Shown: in pieces, positions 1 to 12,500 of the stretch
Layout of the letters: every line of letters starts with the position of its first letter
Numbering within the stretch: the first letter of the stretch is position 1
DNA from: Chiloscyllium plagiosum
Lineage: Eukaryota
NCBI RefSeq assembly: GCF_004010195.1
Contig: NC_057753.1
Span: 6,547,483 to 6,593,474, forward strand
DNA: 45,992 nucleotides
Direction of reading: 5' to 3'
Made by a program: the position numbers and the translations under genes
Notes under the pieces: model-generated
Told to the model about the DNA's origin: nothing
The model's input: only the letters and a program-made list of their open reading frames with translations
Databases searched by the model: none

Positions 1-163
1 CCAACTCGATAAAACCTGCTGGAACTATCAATCGGCTTTCCCATCTATCTGTTCCCCCCTCATCTCTGACCTATAATCTTCCCCCACCTTCATCTACCTT
101 TTGTCTTGTCAGCTACCTTCCCGCGAACCCCACCACCTTGCACTTATCTCTACAGACCTCCGC

Positions 164-391
164 CCACAAGCCTCATTCCGGACGACAGTTTGATGACTGA
201 AACTCGATTCTCATTCTCCTCGGTTACTGCTTGACATGGTTTGCTTTTCCAGTACCACACTTCCGACTCTGATCTCCCCACAAGCCTCATTCCGGACGAC
301 AGTTTGATGACTGAAACTCGATTCTCATTCTCCTCGGTTACTGCTTGACATGGTTTGCTTTTCCAGTACCACACTTCCGACTCTGATCTCC
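164..391. repeat. Exact 114-bp tandem duplication within a decayed PLE terminal repeat
   Basis: 164-277 equals 278-391. It appears as a 38-aa repeat in ORF 150..419. The sequence is single-copy at the paralogous site 13215-13330. Confidence 0.92.
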
Positions 392-649
392 AGCATCTGC
401 AGTCCTCACATTTTCCCAATACATTGCTTTGTTTCAGATATTCAGTGATTTAGGAGCGATCGCGAGTGATGTTTATTGCTGTTTCTCCCCAACCACATGG
501 GTCTCATTATATTTATTAAGCGATGTTTGTCTGGAACGTTATAGGAGAACTGCAGGCATGTTTCTTCGCTTCTTCTGGACTAGAATCTCTGCATGTTTAT
601 TCATTCATTGCACCCAAATCTTACCAGTCTTGTATTTCACTTTCAAATG

Positions 650-1110
650 AAGATAATTACTCAGAACTGTCGTCATCGCACTTCTGAAAGACCCTCCTTT
701 GTCAGACGTCCTATTGCGTGAAAATAGTGTACGTTAATCATCTTTGAAAGTTGTGGTCGCATTCCAATTATTCAATTCTCTACGAAGTCTTCGCAAACGT
801 TTTTCTCAACTTCACTTTCACTGCTTGGATGCCTAAAGTACAATCTCATCAATTCCTTTCTTATTTCGAATTTCAACTCATATGATATCACTCGACTATT
901 TCTTCAGAAATACTGTGTCTAGTTCCAACAGTAATGTTTTCCCTCAATGAAAATTTGAGATCCCACTCCTCTCCACCATTCCTTTCCATCTTTTTAATAG
1001 CATTTTGCACCTTGGAACATTGAACTGCCACAACTGTCCAGTCCTCACATTTCTGTCATAACCACAACGTCTCAACCCCATCTTTCCCAACATTCGCTGC
1101 GTTCATCAGC
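650..1110 (-). mobile_element. Decayed CR1 LINE ORF2 apurinic-endonuclease fragment (paralog at about 13500-13950)
   Basis: Minus-strand frames give DVVV(M/I)TE, GQLWQFNVP, ENIT and FEIRK remnants resembling the CR1 endonuclease N-terminus (DIVAITETW...WQLNVPGY). There are many stops and frameshifts. Confidence 0.6.
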
Positions 1111-2398
1111 CTAACATGCAAAATATCTTTCCTTAAAAGAGAGGCAGTTTAATTCTTCATACTCTGATATTTCATCGTCAGTTTTTTCAAAGTAACTTGT
1201 TATTTTCATAATCTATGCTTTCTGTATTCATGTTCTATTTACATTGCTGCCTAATCTTGCTCTACCAGCTACCCCTCCCCACTAACATTTTACATTCTCA
1301 CTTAATGGAACTAGCAAAGAGAGCGAGTGGTTTATAAATTACTAAAATCTGTGAATTACTGATCAAATGTAATACCTTAGCGCAAACGTCACCTTGAATA
1401 AAATGGCCTTTTTCAAACCTCACGTTTTCTTGTACTGCAAGAAGACACACTATCTTTCCTTCTCAACATCAGAATGTTTTGAAAGTATTGTTCGCATTCA
1501 GAAGACGGACACTGGTGACAAACACAAATGTTATTCCTTCGTCAACCATAACTAGTCAGTATAACAAAAAAAAAACAATCAAGTCATTAGTTCGGGCAAT
1601 TGTCGTTGTGAATGCACATGTTGCTGCCATCCTATTAGTAGCAAACCTCCCATATTTCTCAAAGAAAGTTGTCGTGTAAGCATCATCTACCATGACTTTT
1701 TTTCCAATCTTAGTTCTAAGAATCACAACAATTTCCTTCATAAATCATCATGTTAAAACAGTTGTTTTCCTACATCGGTTCATAACTTTTATAAAAAAAC
1801 GAAAAACATGGACGTTTACACGTGCAAGAATGCATCTGAAATCACTTAATGATGAGAGTAAGCAAACGATTGTTACAAGCGAGGGAGAAGGAGAAAATGG
1901 ATCTCATTGAAACGTGAGGGAAGACTGCAACATAGGGTGCGAGGAAAAATAGGAGAAGAACAAGAGACTTGATGCAATTGCTTAAAAAACTGGTGCATGT
2001 TATCACGTGTTGAACGTAAAACAAAAATATGCAGAAAACGTTCAAGTTATACTGGACTTCGTGAAATCAGACCTGGAGTATATTAAAAGCCATTGCCCTT
2101 GCAATTAAGGAAATATACAACACTGATGAAATCAAATTAGAGATAATTTAATCGTCTCATAACTAGAATATGTGGCAGTAATTTTTGGACATTATTACGC
2201 TGGCACATGTCAAATATTTCAAGGTGTGACTTAATGTATACATATTAAGATAAACACTTGGTCAGAAATGACTTGTTTTTCAGGACTGGTAGGAATGTCA
2301 ACTAGTTAGGTCAGTCATGATCGCAATGAGTAATAAAGGTGGCACAACGGGCAATATGGGTATATTCCTTCTTCCTATCCATATTTTTGGATATGCAT

Positions 2399-2714
2399 GC
2401 GGCACGGTGGCACAGTGGTTAGCACTGCTGCCTCACAGCGCCAGAGTCCCGAGTTCAATTCCCGACTCAGGCGACTGTCTGTGTGGAGTTTGCACGTTCT
2501 CCCCGTGTCTGCGTGGGTTTCCTCCCGGTGCTCCGGTTTCCTCCCACAGTCCAAAGATGCGCTTGTCAGGTGAATTGGCCATGCTAAATTGCCCGTAGTG
2601 TTGGGGAAGGGGTAAATGTAGGGGTATGGGCGGGTTGCGCTTCGGCGGGTCGGTGTGGACTTGTTGGGCTAAAGGGCCTGTTTCCACACTGTAATGTAAT
2701 CTAATCTAATCTAA
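2399..2714 (+). mobile_element. HE1-like (V-SINE) tRNA-derived SINE
   Basis: tRNA-like head with A box tggcacagtgg and B box gttcaattccc, V-domain core gtgtggagtttgcacgttctccccgtgtctgcgtgggtttcc, CR1-like 3' end gggcctgtttccacactgta, and a (taatc)n tail. Confidence 0.9.
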
Positions 2715-5031
2715 TGTCTGTAAAAAATGCAATGCAGCATAATTGGAAATATGTAGATAATCTGTGATATGAAAAATTAAAGGTTAAACACGTTCAGTTA
2801 CCTTTGGTATTTGAAGCACTTTACGCATTTCAGTAATGTTTCTAGGCCGATAATTTTGAAGAGTTGTGGAATTTTTTTTTTCAGAGTTAGGTAAACATTC
2901 GATCTGGAAGTAATTACAGAGATTGGAATGACTTCGGACCTGCAGGAAATTGCTGATTAATGCTTTCCAGGTTGAGGGTTGCACAGACCGTCTTGCAGGG
3001 AGAGACACATGGAGAACCTTACAATATAAATGAAACATGAAAGTGGTAGAATCTAAAGAGGGAGGGATAGTTTTAATTTCTGGAGGAAATGCAGAAAAAG
3101 GAAATGGCGTGATTTAAAAACGAACTCACAGATATCATTTTTTATTACTGGAACAGATCATGTTGGAGTGGGGTGGAGGTTATTGGGCCAGGGGAAAGCA
3201 CAGTAATAGAGATCGATGCACATTTTGTCGGAAGTGACTGGGAAAAAAAGAAAGGTCACAGGATATTCTCTACTGATTCACATTTTGCCTATTACTTTTA
3301 TTTGCATAAAGAAATGATGTCAGTTTGATTGTTTCTTGATAAACACAAAAGGTAATGTCAGAGGATATGTCAATGTAAGTTTTACCTGTTCCCTGAACTT
3401 AGATTGTGTTTCCACGTAAATGAAAGTGCTTGTGCAGCAGCTTAAATTACGCAGCATATATGCAAAGTTCTCAAATACATAAGCAGACAGACCATCTTAG
3501 AGCTCATCAACATCAAAAAAATATAAAATGTAGATGAACCACAGAAGTATGAAGCTGCTGGATATGGTGAAGAGCAAAACGATAGACTTCCTTCTGCTCT
3601 CAGCTCCAGAGTCTCCCTTGCTGTGACATTTGAGTCGTTTACGGATTCGACTGGCCACTAAAATATAACTGACTGTCACACCGTTGAGAAACAGAATTAA
3701 CCCAAATGGTATCAACGGTGTTAAAATCTTCTCAAATGCACGAAATCCAATCCATCTCGAGTCAGTGAAATAGCTTGATCTATGAGAACAGGACCAAGGT
3801 ATGTTGTTCATAATCCTCTGTGGTCCAAATCTAAAATATATTGGAATATTTTTCAAACAGAGAAAAATCCCTGTTGTTAGGAGAATCACCGTTGCAGTTT
3901 TCTTGGTACAATATTGAGATTTCAACTTTGGGCAACAAATAGCAATAAATAGAAAAAAGTGAAAATGACAGTGAACCAGACAGAACAGTCTGTGGCTGCG
4001 CGGAGCAGAACACAGTGAATACTGCACATGGGAGTGATGTCCAGGAAAGTTAATGGAAAATAATAATCATTGATTCTGTTCAGTACAACGTCGGTGATGA
4101 TGACGAGGAGATCTGCTGTTGTCATGGCCAACAGGTAGCGAGTCGTGCAGGTTGATTGCCCACAGTTTTCCTGGGACATGATTAAAACTGAAAGTAAATT
4201 CACTGGAAGAGGGACAAGAACATATATTTGGTAATGATATTTTTTTTTCTGTTTCTGACCAGCCATTAAGAACTTTTCGCCAGAGAAGTATGCATTTGGC
4301 ATCAACAAAGAGTTTAAAGGAACGGAGAAATTAACTGTGTGGCAATGTAAAATTGATTCATTATTGCTGACAAGAATTCTCCATTCGTAAGCATGACCCA
4401 TTTAAAATCTACACATGTATATGTTGCTACTGCGGCAGCGACAAAATACACTGAGCAATGAATCCAGCCTGACTGATAACTGCACACTTCCAAGCTTAAA
4501 ATTTTGGGATCTCATCCAATGTCAGGTTAATCCTGTGCAGTATGACGAAAGGTTTAATATTTATGCAAGAACTTATATATGTAATTAACTTTGACTTTTC
4601 ACTTCTAGTCGTATTATCTGAGCTTTCAGAAAACCACCTTTGTTTTTGTTTTAACAACTATAAATTGAATCCGAGTCACTAATACCATAGTCTTTAAAAA
4701 ATTATATTACAATGGAGTGATTTCAGATTTCAGCTCATAAGAAACAGGTTGTGTTCTATTCTTTGGTTACACAAATGCAGTGGAAATACCCAATATTGAG
4801 TCCTTAAAAGGTAAGATTCCTTAAAATAGGGATATGGAGGAGATAATTTCACTGTCAATTTTCTAAAATCAAAGTTTACCACTTTAAAATTGCCAATGAT
4901 AAATGTACAGAAAAGTCCCAGAATGTTTAGCTTATGCAATTACTGGTACATGGAATAATTGAGATCATTAGCTTCTGTGAGATAAGACATAAAAATTGCA
5001 ACAATGGCCAATTGCCTTAGATGAGATGTAG

Positions 5032-5231
5032 TTGTTGTGGTTCTGTTCGCCGAGCTGGAACACCACTATAAACACCAGAGGAAACATCAAAGAAGCGCTT
5101 CGCAGGAGGCTCCCAAGCACTGATGATGTTGCCGAGCCAGGGGACGAAACGTTTGCAACAAAAACTTCCAGCTCGGCGAACAGAACCATAACAACGTGCA
5201 CCCGATCTACAAATCTTCGCACAAACTTTGA
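5032..5231 (+). mobile_element. Short Penelope-like (Poseidon-type) insertion in the copy A intron, with 11-bp TSD and inverted end
   Basis: TSD atgagatgtag at 5021-5031 and 5232-5242. The site is empty in B (18041-18050). A 30-bp inverted repeat lies at 5031-5060/5166-5195. It is the same family as 44420-44664. Confidence 0.85.
5117..5156 (+). ncRNA. Minimal type-I hammerhead ribozyme motif (PLE-associated)
   Basis: gca-CTGATGA-tgttgccgagccaggggac-GAAA-cgtt-tgc. It has conserved core boxes, a palindromic ACGT stem III and a gca/tgc stem I. Stem II is weakened by substitutions. Confidence 0.65.
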
Positions 5232-7343
5232 ATGAGATGTAGTAGATGGAAGCTTTCATGGATCAAACAGTCTGTTATTACTTCATTGAACGAAAAGTGT
5301 TCAGTTTTGCCCTTTGAAATCTGACTTAAGCCTAAATGAGCTACATTAGTTGCATTCCCTCACAGTCGGTATGTATTGAATGTTATGATATCCTTAAGTT
5401 TTACTGATTCCAATAAAAAGAGTGATATTCCCCATTGCTACTCTTTATCCGGGAGAGAACAGTGATCACTTCACTCCCTCACACACAAATCCGAAATAAA
5501 ACCAACTCTTGCTTCATCTGTGGAGAGAAAATAGAATTAAGTAGACATGAAAGATTAACTGTGCTCACAGATGATGCCAGGCTTGCTGTGATTTCCCGGC
5601 AATGTGTATTTATGTTGTCATAATGACTTTCCTTGAAGTGAATGCTGTTCCTCATTAACAATGACCGACATACCACAATCTACAACGAGTCTAAGAATGA
5701 AGATGAATGAAGGAAAGGAATAGTTAATACAACAGAATTTGAATGCACACTCGATTCATTGCTATTCCGTTAATAGTACACCCATTTTCAGTAGAACGCT
5801 AAACTATCGAATGACAGAAATACAAAGATACTTTCAGGCAGAAGGAGGCAATGCAGTCCATAATAAATGCACCTGCTCTCCAATTAAAAATGATTAACGA
5901 AACTATCTTCATCCATTCTGCTTCCTTGAACATACAACGGACTAACTTGTAAAATTATAAGCCTTCGAGAAATACGCAGCTCGTGGACAAAAACAAAATT
6001 ACTTTACTCAGATTAGAAACTTACCAGGAACTCAAATCATGGCAAGAATCAGGTAGTATACTTTCCTCACCGTTTGAATAGGGAGATGAATTTTTTTTTC
6101 GCGTGGCATACAATGTCCTTGCCTGTCTGAACAATAGTTTGAATTAGGCTCTGAACCAATACACTCCAAATGTGTGATCCTTACGTATTCCAGCACCTCT
6201 CACGGGAATCGGTGGTTGTGATATTACTCATAATGCTTTTAACGTCCTTCGAACAAACAATTTGTTGATGGCAAGCTAATTTCCAGAGCGAAAGGCATTT
6301 TTATTGCTGATGTCATTATACGACTCCATCCTGTCCACTCGATAAGACTAGGTATATCTTTCCATCAAGAAGTTGACATTGTAGCTTGCTTTACGGTTTA
6401 CTGGAGATGATGTATCATGCACGCGGTTTCAGGACCAACTACTCTTCCAACTCACTGACTTCCCACAAACATTTTGGCAGTGTTTGTATCGGTTTGAGGC
6501 TGGTATTGAGTCAATATTAATTGTGTATTGAACTCGAAATGTTCCTTATGCTTTTTTTCTTTTCTTCACAGGTGCGCCCAAGCCTTGTGTGTTCACCAGA
6601 AATTTCTCTGTCAGCTTAATGAAGCAACACATCCGCTTTACACTTTATTGTTCTCGCAAGTGTAATCTATGCATGCCAATCAAAAGCACGCACTTACATA
6701 ATGTTCAACAGTACACAATTAAATGATTAATAATTTATACTTCACATGTCTCATGTTAATGTGTTCAACGAGATAAAGCATTTCAAAAATCTAGATGCCA
6801 AATCCAATGCATAATAGAATGCTTTGTTTTGGTCCATTGCCGCTGGTTTCACATTATCTGACTTGTACCATTGTTGTTGAAGTTTCCTTTGACCCATAAT
6901 GAACAAGTCCTTTTTTGTCACTCGTATTCCTGTATTTGATTGGCTGTTTGTTTTTGGTTATTAGCAGTTTTTCGTTCTGGTACTGAAAATATTTCACCTT
7001 ACATCGCCCTTCATTTGGCACTTTATATTTACCAAATGAGCATAAGTAATAATGAGTAAAGCAAATCGTCCACTTGCTCTGCCGTATCCTAAACCGTCCT
7101 GCTGGCATGAACAGTTTCGGATGCTTTCTTCCTTTTCACTTTGAAAAGCAGAGATTGATTCAAGTGGAGAAATGATCAGTACAGATTTTAGCTGCATATC
7201 TGAGGTGATAACAAATGTGGTGGCCCATATAAGCATAACTCCTGTCACTAACGTCATTTTGTTGAAAATTTCTTATCAGTCTGTTACACAGTTTCCTGAA
7301 AAACCAAGGGTATATCACAAATGTCTGGTTCAAGTTTGATTTG

Positions 7344-7843
7344 NNNNNNNNNNNNNNNNNNNNNNNNNNNNNNNNNNNNNNNNNNNNNNNNNNNNNNNNN
7401 NNNNNNNNNNNNNNNNNNNNNNNNNNNNNNNNNNNNNNNNNNNNNNNNNNNNNNNNNNNNNNNNNNNNNNNNNNNNNNNNNNNNNNNNNNNNNNNNNNNN
7501 NNNNNNNNNNNNNNNNNNNNNNNNNNNNNNNNNNNNNNNNNNNNNNNNNNNNNNNNNNNNNNNNNNNNNNNNNNNNNNNNNNNNNNNNNNNNNNNNNNNN
7601 NNNNNNNNNNNNNNNNNNNNNNNNNNNNNNNNNNNNNNNNNNNNNNNNNNNNNNNNNNNNNNNNNNNNNNNNNNNNNNNNNNNNNNNNNNNNNNNNNNNN
7701 NNNNNNNNNNNNNNNNNNNNNNNNNNNNNNNNNNNNNNNNNNNNNNNNNNNNNNNNNNNNNNNNNNNNNNNNNNNNNNNNNNNNNNNNNNNNNNNNNNNN
7801 NNNNNNNNNNNNNNNNNNNNNNNNNNNNNNNNNNNNNNNNNNN
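7344..7843. other. Assembly gap (500 N)
   Basis: Run of N. Confidence 1.
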
Positions 7844-8111
7844 ACACCCCAGTCCAACACCGGCATCTCCGAATCATGCATATTTTTAGGTAGGCTGACG
7901 TCATCTTGAAAATATAATTCTGGGATTTCCATTTTAAAGAACATAAAACTCCATATCCCGTTAAAAAGAAGAAACTCTTAATCTAAATTTGTTTACGAGC
8001 TATAATCGGTAGTTGTGTCATTTTTAAATAGAGTTGTTTCATATATCATAACAACTCCATGACACTGTAACACTTGTGCTCTACATTCTGTGCTTTGCAA
8101 TTGTGTTCCAC

Positions 8112-8203
8112 AGCCACCTGATGAAGTGACAGCGCTTCGAAAGCTAGTGTTTTTAAATAAATAAACCACTAAGGCAATAACATGTTGTTGTGTGATTTTT
8201 AAC
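8112..8203 (+). mobile_element. Decayed PLE terminal-repeat fragment with hammerhead core (paralogs at about 24890-24975 + and 36155-36243 -)
   Basis: cacCTGATGAagtgacagcgcttcGAAAgctagtg...tgttgtgtgatttttaac. It is the same family as the arms at 36516-36702. Confidence 0.7.
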
Positions 8204-8649
8204 AATGTTGTGCAGAAGGAGACACACATAGACTGGTGGCGATATCTATCAATGGGTATGTGGGCTTAGATAGACTGTGGAATGGATAAATTGATGATTC
8301 CTCATTATAATGAACGCTGCAGCGGTTTCCAGCGCTCGAATGATATATTCCTGCTCATCCATTGAGTTTTTGCATTTACTATCGCATTCGAACTCCTGTT
8401 TTTTGAGTGTGAATTCGTCATAGAAATGATCAAAAATGTAACAACTACTGACTGCTTTCCGCAAGGCGACACGGTCCAGCTGTGATCTCACCAAAAAGCC
8501 GATCTGTCAGTTTGGACCATCAGCCGTTTGGTCATCTAGTCATAAATGTCGAGAATCAGCCAGAATTTTTTACAATATTTTTCCCAGGACTTCAACTACT
8601 CATTAGCAAATTGGGAGCCAGGAAGTCTGGAAGGCAACAACTGTGAAAC

Positions 8650-9390
8650 ATAGAATAGTACAGGCGCTTCAACCCTCGATGCTGTGGCGGCTTTTTATCT
8701 TATTCTCAGATCAAACTAACCTACACATTCTTCATTGTACTACTACCCATGTGCCTGCTCAAGGGTCGCTCCAATTTTATTAATACGTCAAATTCTACTA
8801 CCAGAATTGGCAATATATTCCACGTACCCCTTTAAATAACTGGCCGCGAAGATCTCCTTTAAAACTTGCTCCAATCACGTAAACACATGCTCTCTTTTGA
8901 TAGCCATTTCTGTTCTGAGGATAAACTTAGTCTCTAACAAATCACTCTGCCTTTGCCTCTGATCACCATGTGCAACTTTACCAAATCGCCTCTCACGGTT
9001 CTTCACTCCAAAGTGATAAATTTTTGATGCGTCCAACTTTCTTCATTAGATATTCCCTCCAGCCAGGCAGCATCTAAAGCTTTCACATCCTCCAAAAATG
9101 AGGTGAAAAGAACTGGAAACAATATTCCAGGTCTCTGTCGAGGTATAGTAAAATCTCGCGGCTATTAAACTCAATACCGTTCCTAATGAAAACCAAAGCT
9201 GCATATGCCTTCTTCACAGCACTATCAACTTGAATTGAACTTCAAGGAATGTATGGACATGGAACCCAAGATTCCTCTGTTCCTCTACACTTCCAAGAAC
9301 CGTGCCTTTATAGTTGCCTTTAAACCTGCATTTAAATTCGACCTTCTAAAATGGATGGCTTCCCACTTTTTCACTGTGAACTCCATTTTC
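8650..9390 (-). mobile_element. CR1 LINE 3' fragment (paralogs at about 25420-26115 - and 34955-35712 +)
   Basis: The reverse complement has a CR1-type 3' end (atcgagggttgaagcgcctgtactattctatgtttc) and decayed RT C-terminal sequence. Confidence 0.7.
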
Positions 9391-10609
9391 ATTGACTTTT
9401 CATGCCTTGATACCCGCAGTGTTCAGACGAAATTATATCAATTGATCGACAAATAACAAATATCTGACAGAGAGTGACTGAAATGCAGTTTTCTTTGCAC
9501 CTCTTGGAATTATGGCAAAAAACAACATTTTCTTGCTTTCAGCTGATCCGTTATGAAATTTTGAACCTATCCCAATTTAACCCATTGCTAATCCTCCTTG
9601 AAATCTTCCACTTTGAAAAACAACGTTATTAAAATGACAGAATTTCAATTACTTAACTTTATGATTATATCATTAGTTGTCAACGCGTGGGTGTATTTGT
9701 GAGTACTGAGAACGTGAAAGCAATTGGCTCAGTTTAAACATTTGTTCCCGGTCATGCAAGTTGTGATATCTAAATTGCTCCTCATCACTTCCAAAACTAA
9801 TCTCGCTGCTTGTGTTTCGATTCGACACGAAGAAAGTGAACTGTCTGAATATTTTAAATATTCGAATGTTTCCCGCTGTCTGCCATGGTGAATCCTCAAC
9901 AATGTTTTGCATCCTCAGCTCGGTCAGGCAATAGTATGGTCAGGGAACCCTCCAATTTGAATCAGCTTGGGCTTTCTACTTCCCTTCAAGCAATCATGGA
10001 AAATTCAAGGAACTATAAGATATACTTTACCTGTCCAGTAATATTTTTTAAGGCAGAACGAAACTTAGCATTCCCTACACGTGTGCTAATTGTTCGTAAA
10101 GCATCCATGCAGAGAAATTAATTCTTATCGAAATGACCCCAGATATTTCAGCATCCAGTTTTGGAGTATGTTGGAAATCATGAACCACTTTGGCCAGGAA
10201 TGTGAAAAGATTAAATTATTTCTTAATGTTTGTGATCTTTCCAAAGTATCCTGTCTTTACAGACAGATGTCAACCAAAAACACGGACTACGTTTCTGTAC
10301 TTAACTACATTGTGGTTTATTGCACATCACCAAGTTCTAGCTGAAAGTCGATTACTTTGAACTCGTAACTTTGAAAAAGACGAGGTTATTCCCTATTCCA
10401 CTTATAACGGTAACCCACATAGGCATTGAAATGCATGTCTGTGTATATGTGTAATAAAATGCGATTATGTAGGGAGAGAGAGAAAAAAAAACAGGACGGT
10501 GTTACAATTACCCACAGAGTGCACGGAGGTGTTGTCTTTTTTTACTAATATTAGGCTGCTGTTGAGCACATCTCCAGCTCCTTTTCGATGGCTTGTGAAA
10601 GACATTGCA

Positions 10610-12500
10610 TCATAACGTAGCACAGGAACGGAAGAAAAATCTTCAGTCCAACTACTTTCCAACACCCATAATTACCAACTGAACAGGTCACTTCTGCCTG
10701 GATTTGGTCCATCTGTCTTCTAATCTTTCCTATTCAAAGACATATCCAAACGCAGTTTTAACTTTGCAGTGGAATCCGCACACATGACTTCCCCTGCCAA
10801 TTCATTCTACACACTGACCACCCTCAATTCAAAAGATGTCCCCTCTCAGGTCTTTGCATATGTCTCATCTCACCCTAAAATTATATCCTCTAGTCTCAAC
10901 ATACCCCAGTCAAGCAAAGTATCACTTAGCATTAAATTTAGCGATAAATCTCATGGTCTTATACACCTGTAAGTTCAGCGTTCAACTTCCAAAGCTGCAG
11001 TGAAAATAAATACTCTGCCTTTCGAGTTATTCCTGAGAAGTCAAAGGTTCCATAACCCTCAGCATACTGGTTAAAAAAAAAACATGCTGAACTTTCCCAA
11101 CTTCGTTATAAAGAATTCCAATAATCGGAACAGTTGAGGACAGCAGACTGCAGAAGCTGCAGATCAGAGTCCAACATTGTGGTGTTGGAAAAGTACAGCC
11201 AGTCAGAGAGCATCCGAGGAACAGGAGACCCGATGTTTCTAGCAGAAGCACTTTCTCAGGAATGCGTGATGAAGAACTTATGCTCAAAACGTTGACTCTC
11301 ACTCTCTGCAGACGTTGCCTGAACGGCTGTGGTTTTCTAGCAACAGAATAATTGGCTCTTTTCCATAATGGGTTGAAACGGAATGGACAACAATGCTCCA
11401 TGGGAGACGTCACTAATATTTTTTAATCTAAAGATGACGTCCCAATTCCTATTCTCAAACGTCTGGGCAGTGAAGGCCAGCATACTAACTGCATTCTTAA
11501 CTATCTTATAAATGTGTGACATAAAGTTCAAAGAATTATGTACCTATTCTCCGAGGTCAGTCTTATCTATAATACCATATAAGATCTTGATTTAATTGAA
11601 TATTTCCTGCCTTGTAGTTTTGCAAAATGAATGTTTCATATTCATTCCTGTTGAACTGGGTCTGACATTGTTCCACGCCTTCACCCATCCTATTTAAATC
11701 ACTTTGTAATCTTAGAAAACTGTCTTCACTGACTAATGGCCAGAGTTTTTGCTGTCATCCATAACCGTATTGACTTTTGCTCCATTTTGTAACAAGATGA
11801 GGGTGCCGCTGGCTAGGCAGCATATATTGTCCATCCCGAATTGCTGGAAACAGGTCTCTCGTCCGAAAAAAAACAACCATCTTCCACCCCTCTCCGTCTC
11901 TTGCTAGCAATCATATTTCATATTCAATTGCTAGGGTAACCCTGAATCCCATGCGATCAAACTTTACTAATTAGACCGGAATGTGAAGCCTTGTCACAGG
12001 CTTTACTGAAGTCCAAGTAAAAAACATTAACCAGTTTCGCTTATCGATCTTTTTGGATGTTTCCTCAGAAAACTCAATCACCTGTTGGAGACACGAAATC
12101 CCGTACACAAAATTATGCGGATTCATCAATCTTTGACTCAGACAATGCATGCACATTCCACATTTTAGCAGCACCTACAAGAACTTACCCATCATCAAAG
12201 ATGGACTCAATATATCTGCAATTCCTCTGTTTCTCCTTGTATCCCTTCATAAACAGTGCCACTCTCCAGTGATCTCGCATCCCTCTCGTTGATATACATG
12301 ATGCATGCGTGTCTGCAAGGGCCCTGTAATTTCCTCCCTAATTTTCCTGAATGTTCGGAGACATGCAACATCAGGTCACGGTAATGTATCGATATCTATA
12401 TTTTCTAAGACATTCAACACTTCCTGGTCTAAAGCGTGAACAATTTAATTCACTGCGTTCTCTCGCCTTTGTTTATTTCACTACAGTAAAAACGAAGAGG
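10610..12500 (-). mobile_element. Decayed CR1 LINE RT/3' fragments interrupted by a PLE piece (paralogs at about 27590-29480 - and 31630-33720 +)
   Basis: Minus strand at about 12020 reads YLDFSKACDK (compare the CR1 motif YLDFSKAFDK). ENRNWDVIFRL resembles the CR1 RT tail. Confidence 0.75.
11140..11350. mobile_element. Old inverted pair of PLE terminal-repeat fragments (paralogs at about 28070-28280 and 32810-33020)
   Basis: 11140-11263 is a reverse-complement relative of the 13220-13350 terminal repeat. It is followed by a forward copy (gtgatgaagaacttatgctcaaaacgttgactctc...) with a decayed hammerhead core. Confidence 0.6.

Larger units (their letters stand above)
3320..6091 (-). pseudogene. 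Two-exon class-A GPCR pseudogene, GPR139/GPR142-like (copy A): exon 1 6091-6025, exon 2 4202-3320
   Basis: Exon 1 ...RKVYYLILAMI*VP ends at G|gtaagt. The acceptor ttcttgtccctcttccag|TG opens VNLLSVLIMSQENCGQSTCTTRYLLAMTTADLL. TM3 SVWFTV, AICCPKLK, TM5 PLIPFGLILFLN, TM6 LLFTISSSFILLW and TM7 LSCCTSTFIY follow. Lesions are ATG>ATT (6089-6091), TGA (6032-6034), a frameshift at about 3950 and TAA (3497-3499). The repaired ORF would be about 316 aa. Confidence 0.9.

Noticed and set aside
2317..2687. ORFs of 93 and 84 aa, and a tRNA-like sequence at about 2400-2470
   Set aside because: Both lie in an HE1 SINE. The tRNA-like head continues into the SINE core and is not a tRNA gene.
3297..3302. Minus-strand AATAAA about 18 nt after the GPCR stop codon
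   Set aside because: The hexamer is common in AT-rich DNA and cannot be called a polyadenylation signal without transcript data.
4203..4401. N-terminal extension MGHAYEWR...QIYVLVPLP of ORF 3922..4401
   Set aside because: It lies upstream of a clear polypyrimidine/AG acceptor, so it is intron. The real N-terminus is the 67-nt exon 1.
3320..6091. Assigning the gene symbol GPR139
   Set aside because: The motifs show family resemblance only. A multi-copy cluster argues against simple orthology without a phylogeny.
7284..7944. Long ORFs made of X residues (also at 26604-27317 and 30438-31629)
   Set aside because: They are artefacts of translating N-gaps.
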